64,000 bases of DNA from an uncultured Gemmatimonadales bacterium (GCA_963704805.1 CAVPHS010000001.1:594496-658495), one strand, 5' to 3'. Positions 26,634 to 35,824 are shown, counted from the first letter of the stretch. The notes: generated from the letters alone by a model not told the origin. Translations and numbers: made by a program.

Positions 26634-27281
26634 CTAAGCCTCCGTTCTCCGATCCAAGACAAAGACCGAACCCTGTTGGGTCTTTGCATGTCCCAACATC
26701 TCAATTGCCAGTTCCGCAATCTGCGAAAAGTGCTCGTAGCGCCGGTGCTGATTCGTTACGACGCCCATAGATGCTCTGATGTTTGGCATACTTAAACCAC
26801 CCGTAATGGTTTTAGTAGGGCGATGGAAATGCAAGTCGAAAGACTCTAGGATTTGACTACACACTTCTCCAATCTTAGCGGCGGGAAGGATCAGGATGAA
26901 CCGCACCTTCCCAACCCGGGCAACAAACCCTTCTACAGAGGGATCTAGAACTAGCTGGTCTACGATCGCACTCAGTACCGCAACCACGTCCTCTGTGGTT
27001 CCACCGAATTTCTTGACGTGCTCCTCGTGGCGATCAATGTCGAGAAAACAGACGGCGAACCATTGTCCATCAAGGAGGCGAATCCGACACTGGTGGTGAA
27101 TGTCAAAGTAGGTTTGTTCAGCTGGAGTGTGCGGCTCGGTGCCTTCCCTCCAGCGGTCGTCAAGGAATCCGGGAGCCACTTCGCGACACCACGCCTCCCA
27201 CTTGCCGTATAACTCATCGAGGAACTCGCCGTAGGTTAGCGACCGCGCATCATGGCACCATGCTTCAAAGACATCAGTCAT
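26634..27281 (-). CDS. Degenerate GGDEF-fold protein
   Basis: FAVCFLDIDRHEEHVKKFGGTTEDVVAVLSAIV, ARVGKVRFILILP (GKVRF in place of GGDEF), IRASMGVV and AIEMLGHAKTQQGSVFVL follow the GGDEF domain layout. Confidence 0.55.
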   Translation of the reverse strand: MTDVFEAWCHDARSLTYGEFLDELYGKWEAWCREVAPGFLDDRWREGTEPHTPAEQTYFDIHHQCRIRLLDGQWFAVCFLDIDRHEEHVKKFGGTTEDVVAVLSAIVDQLVLDPSVEGFVARVGKVRFILILPAAKIGEVCSQILESFDLHFHRPTKTITGGLSMPNIRASMGVVTNQHRRYEHFSQIAELAIEMLGHAKTQQGSVFVLDRRTEA

Positions 27282-27648
27282 TGTCTGGCCTCGCGGGCCG
27301 ACTCACACGCCGAACCAAATCCCGGTGTCTACCGAGACCTGTCGCGCGCGGGCTCGAGCATACAACCAACTTGATCACTTGAAGCGTTGCCTGCCACCAT
27401 TAGGTCAAGCTGGGGACAAGCGTCTAGGCTCCTTCTCTCTTCTCCCCTATCCGTTAAGTCGTCGAGGTGGCAGCAGCGCACTGGCTCGTACAGGACGCCC
27501 GTCGTGAATCCCTCCAAGACACTTCGGAGCTCGGCGACCCTACTGGCATCACTCTGAAAAGCGAAACTACCTCTAACCGACGGGGGCAGCCACTACGCTG
27601 GCTCCTCGTCTTCGGCAAGCGCGACAAGTCGGTTCTTGGTGCAGATTC

Positions 27649-28662
27649 ATGTTCGTGACACACCGCACCTCTAACTCCGGTCTTGTCGGGGGTATCCTCT
27701 GGCTGCTCGCCAGCCCTCTTCCCGCCCAGCAACTCGAAATTCACTTCCTCAACGTCGGCCAAGGCGACGCCGCCATTATTCAGGAAGGCGGCCACACCGC
27801 CATCATCGATGCCGGCACAGGAGCCGGCATCGGCGCATACCTCCAGAGGTTTCACGTCGACACGATCGACCTCGTCGTCGCGAGTCACCCGCACGCCGAC
27901 CACATCGGCGGCATGCCGGCGCTGCTCCAATCAACCGTTGTCCGCTTCTACCTCGACAACGGCGTGCCGTACACGACCGGGGTCTATCGTCAGACAATGA
28001 CCGCGGTCCGCGCGAGCGGCGCGCAATACCTGAACGCCACGAAACGGACGATCACCCTCGGCGCCGCTCTGCTCCACGTCCTCGCGCCACCCGCGGATAA
28101 TGAAATCAACAACGGCTCCGTCGGCATCCTGATCGAATACGGCCAGTTCCACGCGCTGTTCACGGGCGACTCTGAGCTCAAGGAGTTGAGCTACTGGCTC
28201 GGATCCGAGACCATCCCGCGCGTAAACGTGCTCAAGGTTGCCCACCACGGGAGCCCGAACGGCACGAGCCCGGAATGGATCGCCGCTACGAGGCCGCAGG
28301 TCGCCGTCATCTCGGTCGGGGCAGGGAATTCCTACGGCCATCCCTCAGCTGCCGTGATCACAGAATGGCAGAGCGCCGGAGCGCGGGTCTATCGCACCGA
28401 TGAGGATGGCAGCGTGCTCGTCGTCGCCAACGACGACGGCAGCTTTGTCGTCACGACCGATCGCTCCACGTCGAGCGGCGTCGTACAATTCCAACCGTTC
28501 GTCCAGGACTCGGGTCCCTCCCCCGCGGTCACGCCCGCGGAAGCCCCACCCCGAGCGTGCTGCCGGATCTGCACCACAGGAAAAGCGTGCGGCAACTCCT
28601 GCATCGCGAAGGACCGGCAGTGCCATCAACCGGTCGGCTGCGCCTGCAACGCCAAGCCGTGA
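27649..28662 (+). CDS. MBL-fold hydrolase (ComEC C-terminal-like) with C-terminal 7-Cys module
   Basis: LNVGQGDAAII, SHPHADHIGG, KVAHHGSPNG and SVGAGNSYGHPS. Tail CCRICTTGKACGNSCIAKDRQCHQPVGCACNAKP. Confidence 0.8.
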   Translation: MFVTHRTSNSGLVGGILWLLASPLPAQQLEIHFLNVGQGDAAIIQEGGHTAIIDAGTGAGIGAYLQRFHVDTIDLVVASHPHADHIGGMPALLQSTVVRFYLDNGVPYTTGVYRQTMTAVRASGAQYLNATKRTITLGAALLHVLAPPADNEINNGSVGILIEYGQFHALFTGDSELKELSYWLGSETIPRVNVLKVAHHGSPNGTSPEWIAATRPQVAVISVGAGNSYGHPSAAVITEWQSAGARVYRTDEDGSVLVVANDDGSFVVTTDRSTSSGVVQFQPFVQDSGPSPAVTPAEAPPRACCRICTTGKACGNSCIAKDRQCHQPVGCACNAKP

Positions 28663-28931
28663 AATACGCCTTCTACGCCGTCGACCGCTTCGAGCGCAAC
28701 GTCGCGGTTCTCGTGAGCGACACCGGCGAGACAATCGACCTGCCGCGGGCCGAGCTGCCCAAAGGCATAGGTGAAGGCTCGGTGCTACGGGTGCCCCTTG
28801 GAGCGCAGAACCAGCCGGATTGGTCGAGCGCGGCGATCGATAAGAAGGAAGAGGAGCGGCGTCTCAAAGAGGCGAAGGACCTGCTCGATGAGATGAAACG
28901 CAGCGACCCCGGAGGGGATATTACGCTCTAG
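28659..28931 (+). CDS. DUF3006-like protein
   Basis: GTG overlaps the MBL stop (gtGTGAaa). YAVDRFERNVAVLVSDTGETIDLPRAELPKGIGEGSVL fits DUF3006, a family commonly found next to such MBL genes. Confidence 0.6.
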   Translation: MKYAFYAVDRFERNVAVLVSDTGETIDLPRAELPKGIGEGSVLRVPLGAQNQPDWSSAAIDKKEEERRLKEAKDLLDEMKRSDPGGDITL

Positions 28932-29176
28932 GAAGCACCCAGGAGACTGTCACACCCCTCCGCCAGTCTTCGCTCATGGATCTCGGCCCAGTCATCCGCA
29001 TCATCGAAAACATCCCCGCCGCCCTCCCCGTTGAGCGGCAGCCCAACGCGGCCGCGCCGAAGGAACCAGCACCCACCAGGATCGAGGAGCCCGTGCCGGC
29101 GTGACCTCCGCCGTCGGTGCTGTCGCCGTCACCCGTGCAGGCTGATCTGAAATCCAGCGTGTCCCGGTTAGTGTGA

Positions 29177-29210
29177 TCCGTCGGCTGAAGCCGGTCCTTC
29201 AGGATACGGA
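29177..29210. repeat. Family-C element, short form
   Basis: tccgtcggctgaagccggtccttcaggatacgga: the outer arms of family C without the central part. Confidence 0.55.
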
Positions 29211-29264
29211 CAACGAACCCAGCGGGAACTGCACCCATGTCACCAGCACCTGTGGAGGCTGATT

Positions 29265-29684
29265 TTAGGGCGGCGACACGACGCGTACCGGCAACACCGC
29301 AGCGATCCGGCTGAAGTCGTCCTGGTCATACGTCATCACGGCGGCGTCATACGCCCACGCCGTCGCGGCCAGGAGCACGTCATTGCGCAACACGCGGAGC
29401 CGCGCCGGCCCAAACAGACTCCGCCGGGCCAACACGCTGAGCACTTGGCCCGCGAGGATCCAGGCCGTGGCTGGTGGATTCACCAGGCGCCGCTGTCGCT
29501 GCGCTGTGTGAAGCAGTCGCTCGCAGTCCGCACGCTCGGCCGCCAACTGGGCGCCGGCCCACAATTCCTGCAGCGCGATGGTGGAGACCAGCAGCTTCGC
29601 ATGTCCGTCGCGCCCGAGCTGGAACGAGACAGGCGTTTCAGTCAGCCAGTCGATCCAAACGGTTGTGTCGGGTATGACCCTCAC
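29265..29684 (-). CDS. vapC: PIN-domain toxin (VapC-like)
   Basis: MRVIPDTTVWIDWL (N-terminal acidic residue), and acidic residues later in LRNDVLLAATA...TYDQDDF. Confidence 0.7.
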   Translation of the reverse strand: MRVIPDTTVWIDWLTETPVSFQLGRDGHAKLLVSTIALQELWAGAQLAAERADCERLLHTAQRQRRLVNPPATAWILAGQVLSVLARRSLFGPARLRVLRNDVLLAATAWAYDAAVMTYDQDDFSRIAAVLPVRVVSPP

Positions 29685-29911
29685 CGCGGGCGGTGCCGGC
29701 GACGCGGCGGCGGCCGCCGAGTGAGAGGAGAGCGAAACGTCTTCCAGCTCGGCGACGCTTCCCGGAACAGCTGCATCAAGTCCCGCTCGAAGACAATGTC
29801 GTCCAGGAGCCGGTCGATGACCTCCGTCTCGGTCTCGAGCTTGAGATACTCGCGCGCCTGCCGCAGCTTCGCGGCATCAATATTGAGCGTCTTGCGCACC
29901 TTCCGTCCCAT
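29681..29911 (-). CDS. vapB: Type II antitoxin (VapB-like)
   Basis: MGRKVRKTLNIDAAKLRQAREYLKLETETEVIDRLLDDIV. 4-nt overlap with vapC. Confidence 0.6.
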   Translation of the reverse strand: MGRKVRKTLNIDAAKLRQAREYLKLETETEVIDRLLDDIVFERDLMQLFREASPSWKTFRSPLTRRPPPRRRHRPR

Positions 29912-30319
29912 CACACACCCCGCCATAATCGTGTACGCACAATATGCATACGGTATCCGTATGGCGCGACTCGGATCACTAAAACGCGGGCGGTGTCGCA
30001 CCGGCGCCGTATCGTCGTGGCAATGACAAAAACCGAGCGCTGGCTCAACCTCCTCGCCTTCCTCCTCGACCGCCACTACCCGGCCTCGCGCGAGGAGATT
30101 CTGAGCCAGGTCTCAGACTACAAAGAGGACTGGGTCGGCGGCGACGCGCGCGCGCGCGAGACGGTCCGCCGCAAGTTCGAACGCGACAAGAAGGAGCTGA
30201 AGGACCTCGGCGTCACGCTCGAGCCGCTGAAAGAGAAGATCCTCGCGGATCACGCAGATCAGGAAGTCGAAGCCTACCAGCTCAAGCCTCGCGATTTCTA
30301 TCTACCCTATCTCAGCGTT

Positions 30320-30370
30320 CCCCCTCTCCGGGAACGGAGAGGGGGTCAGGGGGTGAGGACGGGGGTGAGG
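30320..30370. repeat. Family-A palindromic element with double GGGGGTGAGG tail
   Basis: ccccctctccgggaacggagagggggtcagggggtgaggacgggggtgagg. In frame, encoding PPLRERRGGQGVRTGVR. Confidence 0.85.
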
Positions 30371-30726
30371 CCCTATTTCTTGAACGAGGTCGCGCTCTCA
30401 TCAGATGATCTCCCCGTTCTCCGTCGCGCCGCCGAGCGCATCGCCGCGCTCACCGATACGCCCCTCGGCACCGCTGCACGCTCGGCGATCCGCAAGCTGT
30501 CGTTCGATCTTCCGGAGCTGAACGTCGGTTCCGAAGAGCGAGCCTTCACGGCACCCGCCGAGGTCGACGCCCAGTTCGCGATTCTGCGACAGGCGGTCGA
30601 ATCGCGGCGGGCGGTCCGCTGCCGCTACTACTCGATTCGACGCGACGTAGAGGGCGAGCGGGTGATCGAGCCGTACGGACTGATGCTGTCGTGGGGACAT
30701 TGGTACTGCGTCGCCCGTCTCGCGCC

Positions 30727-30756
30727 CTGGCCCCCTCTCCGCACGCGGAGAGGGGG
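30727..30756. repeat. Family-A palindromic element (core only)
   Basis: ctggccccctctccgcacgcggagaggggg inside the WYL domain coding region. Confidence 0.8.
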
Positions 30757-31167
30757 ACGATCGAGTGCGGGTGTTCCGGCTCGATCGCATGAAGGACGTC
30801 CATATAGTAGAAGGGGAGCAGGGCGAGTTCACCGTGCCCAAGGGCTTCAAGATCGCGAGCTACCTGAACCGCGCCCCGTGGGAGCTGTCCGACGAGAAGC
30901 CGGTCACGGCGCGCGTGCGCATCAACTTCCCGCAGTCGCGCTGGGTCATCGGCGAGCGGCTCGGCAAGGTCGTCAAAGCGGTGACCGACGACGCCGGCAG
31001 CGAGTTCGAATTCGAGGTCCGCGCCGTCGATGCCTTCGTGCGCTGGCTGCTCCCGCTCGGCAAGCAGGTCGAAGTCCTTTCGCCAACCGTCGATCAAGAA
31101 ACAGCTCGACGAAGCTCGCGCGGCACCGGGCTCTGCACGCGCACACGCACCACGCCCACGCACCTAG

Positions 31168-32102
31168 ATGTCAGACACCGCCGTCACCCAGGCCCCTCGA
31201 CTCATCGAGCTGATCGCGTGGCTGTCACAGAGCGACAACGGGGGGGGCACGACGATTTCGTATAAGGCAGCGGCGAAGAAACTGGGCGTGACCGAGAAGC
31301 AGCTGCGCGACGATCTCGACGTGCTGCTCGAGCTGTCATCCGACCACAAGGACTGGCTCGGCAGCCTGCGCGTCGCGCTCGTGGCGGACGGATTCACGGT
31401 GATCAGCCGCGGCGCATTCCGCCGGCCAATTCAATTCACCGCTGAGGAAGGTCTCGCGCTGCTGCTCGGACTCGGCGCGGTGCGCGGCGGCAGCAGCGTC
31501 GCGGCCAAGTTCGCGAACGGACAGCGCGGCCGGCGCTCCCGAGGCGATCGAGTCGGCCTATGCGATCGGAACGGCGCCGAGCGCCGAGCTGGACGGCGTG
31601 CTCGCGGTGGCGCGGACGGCGCGCGATGAGAAACGCAAGCTCGAGCTGTTGTACTGTGGATCGGATGGCGAGCCTTCGCGCCGCATCGTGCACGTGCATC
31701 AGATCGTCGAGAGCGCCGGGCGCTGGTACGTCATCGCGTGGTGCGAGAAAGATGCAGGATTTCCGGCGGTTTCGGGCAGAGCGGATCCTCGAGGCTCGGC
31801 TGCTCTCGCAGGACTTCCGTCCGCAGGTGCTGTTCAAGCCGATCAAGGACCCTAAGGAGCTGCTGAGCGCGGACGGGACGGTGCCGGCGGAGGTCGCGTT
31901 CAGCAAGAAGATCGCGCGCTGGCTAAAGGAGAAGTATCCGAACGGGCGCGAGCAGCGCGATGGGCGCTACGTCGTCACGTTCCAGGTGGCGGATCCGGCG
32001 TGGTTCGTGCGTGAGGTGTTGCAGTACGGGGCTGAGGCTGAGGTGTTGGGGCCGGAGGGGTTGAGAGAAGCGGTGAAGCGGATGGTGGAGTCCGTCGGCT
32101 GA
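31168..32102 (+). pseudogene. Second HTH-WYL regulator (PafC-like), two apparent frameshifts
   Basis: RLIELIAWLSQ..ISYKAAAKKLGVTEKQLRDDLDVL. The frame switches near 31525-31533 to APEAIESAYAIGTAPSAELDGVLAVARTARDEKRKLELLYCG..GRWYVIAWCEKDAGF, and near 31760-31765 to RRFRAERILEA..LQYGAEAEVLGPEGLREAV. Confidence 0.7.
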
Positions 32103-32173
32103 AGCCGCGGCTCGGCCACTACGCGAGCCCTTAAGGGCTCACGCCTTTGCCGAGCTGGCGCTTCAGCGCACGG
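32091..32173. repeat. Family-C long hairpin element
   Basis: tccgtcggctgaagccgcggctcggccactacgcgagcccttaagggctcacgcctttgccgagctggcgcttcagcgcacgga. Supplies the last codons and stop of 31168..32102. Confidence 0.85.
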
Positions 32174-32179
32174 ACACCA

Positions 32180-32476
32180 ATGTCACACACGTCGGATAGA
32201 CTCCTTCCATGTCCGAGGACCCAATCCGCTACCTACGCCGGACCGCCGCCCCCTCCACAGCAACCGCTGCTCGAAGCCCTGCTCGTCGATCGCGATCGGA
32301 TGATTCGGATGCTCCGCATCGCGCTGGCGGAGCTGCACAGTCGGCGGCTCACGACACCACAGTGTACCGGTTACGCAGATTTCCCGGAGGTGCTCCGATA
32401 CTGGGAAGAAGTATTCGGCTGGATCAAGCAACAGAATGCGGCGGACATCGTGCTTATGAGGCGCCGAACGTTCTAA
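32180..32476 (+). CDS. Hypothetical small protein
   Basis: The C-terminal half LLEALLVDRDRMIRMLRIALAELHSRR..VLRYWEEVFGWIKQQNAADIVLM looks protein-like. Start uncertain. Confidence 0.35.
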   Translation: MSHTSDRLLPCPRTQSATYAGPPPPPQQPLLEALLVDRDRMIRMLRIALAELHSRRLTTPQCTGYADFPEVLRYWEEVFGWIKQQNAADIVLMRRRTF

Positions 32477-32567
32477 ACACGAAAGCCGGAGAGCTCCTTG
32501 GCGGAATCTTCACGATCCCCTTAAGCGCGCCCGGTTAGCCTCGCGTCAGACCGAACGAGGAGTCTCT

Positions 32568-33134
32568 ATGCGCAGCTATGCGATCACGGCGGCACTCCTG
32601 TTCGCCGCCGCTCCCCTTGCCGGCCAAGGCCGCGAGATTGTCGTGTCACTGTACGGCGGCGGTGCCGATCACCTCGCCGACCTCCAGGAGTCACCGCCCG
32701 CGTGGTTCATGCCCGGCTACGCCCTCGGCGGTAGCGTCGGCGTCCCGCTCAACCAAAAATTCAGCATTCACGGCGATTTCACATACACGCGCAATCCCGT
32801 CGAGGGCAGCGGCGCCATGGTAGGCGGCGACGTGAACCGCTTCTTCTACGGCGTCCACGTCGAATACCGCTATCCCATGGGGAAGTGGAACCCGTTCATC
32901 TTTGGCGGACTTGGCGCCGTCTCGATCGATCAACTGAACCCGGAGGCCTTTGACCCGACCACCCGTCCCGCCGCGATGTTCGGTGGAGGCCTGTTCTACC
33001 AGATTCCGGACTCGCGCCTCGAGATACTGGGTGAAATAAAGGGCCTGACCTACAACTGGAACATGGCGGGCTTCAATCGCAACCAACTGGACGTGACCTA
33101 CGTCGCCGGGCTGGCCTATCGCTTCGGCCTCTAG
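32568..33134 (+). CDS. Outer-membrane beta-barrel protein (small OMP family)
   Basis: Signal MRSYAITAALLFAAAPLAGQG, alternating beta-strand pattern, and terminal YVAGLAYRFGL (aromatic near the C-terminus). Confidence 0.7.
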   Translation: MRSYAITAALLFAAAPLAGQGREIVVSLYGGGADHLADLQESPPAWFMPGYALGGSVGVPLNQKFSIHGDFTYTRNPVEGSGAMVGGDVNRFFYGVHVEYRYPMGKWNPFIFGGLGAVSIDQLNPEAFDPTTRPAAMFGGGLFYQIPDSRLEILGEIKGLTYNWNMAGFNRNQLDVTYVAGLAYRFGL

Positions 33135-33156
33135 TCGCTGCTTCATCCTGCTCGGC

Positions 33157-34830
33157 GTGCTCTCCGCCGCATGCAGCAGCGACAACGGTCTCGGCCCGCC
33201 TCCACCCGCGGGCTTCGATGCGACGGGCGACTGGAGCTTCACCGACGACGTCAGCGAAAGCTCCCTGCACATCAGATGCACGAGCACCGGCATTTTCTCA
33301 ATAACCGTCACCGGCACCACGGTCACCGGCTCCGGGTACGGCGAGGGCACCTGCACTGGACCAGGCGGCTCCGTCACCGATAGCAGCACCGTGTCGCTCA
33401 GCGGGACCCTGAACGGCCAGACCATCCATTTCACCGACGACAACGGTTGTACGTACGACGGCACGCTGTACGACGCCGGCTCGCAGACAAAATCGTCCGG
33501 ATCGGAGAGTTGTCTGGTCGATGACGGCTCCGGCCACATCTACACGCTGCACGGCAGCTGGTCGGCGGTCTATGTCATCGATCGGACTCCTCCAGGGGTG
33601 GGCGGGAGCCGTGCCGGGCCCTTTGGTGATACCGTCCTCGTCGTCAGCGACTCACTGTCCATTGCGATTCATGCGACGGACAACAAGAAGCTGGCGTGGG
33701 TCGGCTACACACTGGGCGCGCCGGTCGTCAAACGAGACTCGGTCGCGGTGACCGGCACGAGTGCCGACGTGACCCTGCGGACCGAGATCCCGCTCATCAC
33801 CGCCGGCCAGATGGCGGTGAACGTGTTCGCGCGCGATTCAGCGGGGTACGTCCGCGATTTCACGCTCGACCCGATCTCGGTGGTGAGCGGCACCCGGCGA
33901 GCGATGCATGTGCTCACGCTCCCCGCGCCGGTGTACGAGGTGGCGATGGATACGAAGCGCGGCCTCGCCTATCTGAGCTACGTGGGCCGGCACGAGATCG
34001 GCGTCATCAATCTCACCACCGGCACATTCGCGCCATCGATCAGCACGACGTTCTGGCCGCGCAAACTCGACCTCAGTGCCGGCGGCGATTCGCTGATCGT
34101 CTCGATCGACAGCCAGCCCGCGCTCGCGATCATGAGGCTGACTACGCAGCCGCCCACCACGGCCGTCGTGCGTGTGGATTCGAATTACGTCGGCGGCGCC
34201 TGGCAGGTGGCGGACAATGTGCGGGCGATGGGGAACGGCAAGCTGCTCGTTACCCTGAAGTTCCGCGACGCGTATAGCTGTTGCTCCGCTCGGATCGTCG
34301 ACTACGATCTCGCAACCGGGCTCTCGCGCCAGCGCCTCATGTCCGACGAGCGCCAATGGCTGGCGCGCTCCTGGGATCGCACGGTGCTTGCCACGGCGAC
34401 GGGATCGTCGACGCCGGTGGCGGCGCAGCTCTACACCGCCGCGACCGATACCTTCACAGACCGGCAACTCATCACGCTCCCGGCCTGGCTGTACGCCGCC
34501 TCCGCGGACTCGACGGGCAGCCGCTATCTCTTTGTGAACGCGTTGTTCGATGGAGCGCTGAGCTCGCTCGGTTCCTTTACCGACGCGGATTACCAGCAGG
34601 GAGGCGGGACGGTGCTGTCACCCAACGGCAGCACGGCATACCTCGGCACCTGGACCGGATTCTCGATCGTGCGCACGTCGGACGGCGTGGTGCTCGAGCG
34701 CTCGCGCCTGCCGTTCTGGCCCTACCAGCTGGCGATCAGCGCGGATGGGAAAACATTGATTGCGGTTGGTGGAACGCCGACCTATTTCGACCCGCCGAAC
34801 AATCAGGTGGCGATTATTTCGGTGCAGTGA
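33157..34830 (+). CDS. Hypothetical lipoprotein/secreted protein, probable beta-propeller C-terminal half
   Basis: The GTG start gives VLSAACSSDNG (lipobox-like, but the signal looks truncated). Repeated ..YV.....I.V.. strand patterns. No family assigned. Confidence 0.5.
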   Translation: MLSAACSSDNGLGPPPPAGFDATGDWSFTDDVSESSLHIRCTSTGIFSITVTGTTVTGSGYGEGTCTGPGGSVTDSSTVSLSGTLNGQTIHFTDDNGCTYDGTLYDAGSQTKSSGSESCLVDDGSGHIYTLHGSWSAVYVIDRTPPGVGGSRAGPFGDTVLVVSDSLSIAIHATDNKKLAWVGYTLGAPVVKRDSVAVTGTSADVTLRTEIPLITAGQMAVNVFARDSAGYVRDFTLDPISVVSGTRRAMHVLTLPAPVYEVAMDTKRGLAYLSYVGRHEIGVINLTTGTFAPSISTTFWPRKLDLSAGGDSLIVSIDSQPALAIMRLTTQPPTTAVVRVDSNYVGGAWQVADNVRAMGNGKLLVTLKFRDAYSCCSARIVDYDLATGLSRQRLMSDERQWLARSWDRTVLATATGSSTPVAAQLYTAATDTFTDRQLITLPAWLYAASADSTGSRYLFVNALFDGALSSLGSFTDADYQQGGGTVLSPNGSTAYLGTWTGFSIVRTSDGVVLERSRLPFWPYQLAISADGKTLIAVGGTPTYFDPPNNQVAIISVQ

Positions 34831-34878
34831 GCTCCTCTAAGTGTGGGATGCGGGGATGATGGGTCGGGGAGCCCGGGC

Positions 34879-34909
34879 AAAAAAAACCGGGGGCGGCCTG
34901 CCGCCCCCG
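34879..34909 (-). terminator. Intrinsic terminator of 34943..35257
   Basis: On the minus strand: cgggggcgg-cagg-ccgcccccg hairpin followed by T8 (plus-strand A8 at 34879-34886). Confidence 0.75.
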
Positions 34910-34942
34910 ATGTCCTGCTGTGCGTACTACTGCTTCACTCGA

Positions 34943-35257
34943 CTAGTTCTTCGATGCAATCTTGTGGAACGTCGAGTTCTTCACTTCGTACGTCTCGACA
35001 CGAGGCGTCCCGTCGATGACGGTCGCCAGGCTCGCCACGACGCCAGGATACGCATCGCGCGCAAACGATTCCGAATTCTCGCGGTTCTCCCACAAGGTTA
35101 TGGCAAGCGCATCCGTGCCGTTCGGAGCCACGAATGTGATCTCGTCCTTAAAGCCGTTCTGTTTGCGCAGCACCGGCAGGACGTTTGACTCCAGCATCCG
35201 ACTAAACTCGGACTGCGAATTGGCCTTCAGGTTCAGCGACACATTACGAGCATACAT
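34943..35257 (-). CDS. ABM-like (antibiotic biosynthesis monooxygenase fold) small protein
   Basis: ATG at 35257 preceded by GAGGAG. MYARNVSLNLKANSQSEFSRMLESNVLPVLRKQNGFKDEITFV..ALAITLWENRENSESF. Confidence 0.6.
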   Translation of the reverse strand: MYARNVSLNLKANSQSEFSRMLESNVLPVLRKQNGFKDEITFVAPNGTDALAITLWENRENSESFARDAYPGVVASLATVIDGTPRVETYEVKNSTFHKIASKN

Positions 35258-35434
35258 TTGACAATCTCCTCTGCAGACAACTGCTCTGCAACTGCAACAG
35301 CACTTTTCACTGCGAACACGACTCAACGGGAGCAACCTAGCTGAATGTACTACATTTGTCAAGTCACCATACGACATATGAGTCATAATTCACTTGATTA
35401 GTTAACTCCCATCTTGGCGAAGATGAGAGAGTTA

Positions 35435-35453
35435 CCCGTCGGCTGAAGCCGCG
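35435..35453. repeat. Family-C element, left-arm fragment
   Basis: cccgtcggctgaagccgcg only. Confidence 0.4.
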
Positions 35454-35487
35454 TGCGCGTGCGCTAAACACGACTATTATCCCTCAT

Positions 35488-35787
35488 ATGACCGCACACG
35501 AGTACCTCGCCCGGCGCCTGGATGGGGCGCGCGACCTCTACCTCCTGGCCCTGGCCGTCGGCGAGCGCGGCAGCGGCCCCGGTCCCTTGGGCCCCATGAT
35601 CCAGGAAGCCCGAATCCACTTCGAGAACGTGCTTGCGGAAGCGCGCATGGCGGGTCTCGACACAACCGACATCAGCACCATGCTGGCGAAACCCAGCAAG
35701 GAGCTCGCCGGCAACATCCGGCCGGAAATATGGGATCGCCTTGGGGAGCTGGTTGCGGAGCGCGGCCGCACGAAACGCCGCGGGTGA
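35488..35787 (+). CDS. Hypothetical protein upstream of kinase
   Basis: 99-aa ORF with helical-looking sequence. No family recognised. Confidence 0.4.
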   Translation: MTAHEYLARRLDGARDLYLLALAVGERGSGPGPLGPMIQEARIHFENVLAEARMAGLDTTDISTMLAKPSKELAGNIRPEIWDRLGELVAERGRTKRRG

Positions 35788-35824
35788 GAAACGCAGCGAG
35801 GCTCCACTCGTAGGACGAGACACC

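Larger units (their letters stand above)
30023..31167 (+). pseudogene. HTH-WYL transcriptional regulator (PafB-like), two apparent frameshifts
   Basis: MTKTERWLNLLAFLLDRHYPASREEIL (wHTH); YYSIRRDVEGERVIEPYGLMLSWGHWYCVA then RVFRLDRM (WYL). The frame changes at element 30727-30756 and again near 31093 (cca-a-ccg). The third frame ends at TAG 31165-31167, abutting the next ATG. Confidence 0.7.

Noticed and set aside
27282-27648. 370-bp noncoding spacer upstream of the MBL gene as a possible c-di-GMP riboswitch, given the neighbouring GGDEF-like gene
   Set aside because: I could not recognise GEMM-type conserved motifs or convincing pairing by eye. A covariance-model scan is needed before any claim.
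28921-29238. 105-aa minus-strand ORF with a Gly-rich segment and hydrophobic tail resembling a PEP-CTERM-like sorting signal
   Set aside because: No PEP motif and no signal peptide. It overlaps a family-C mini element, so the support is insufficient.
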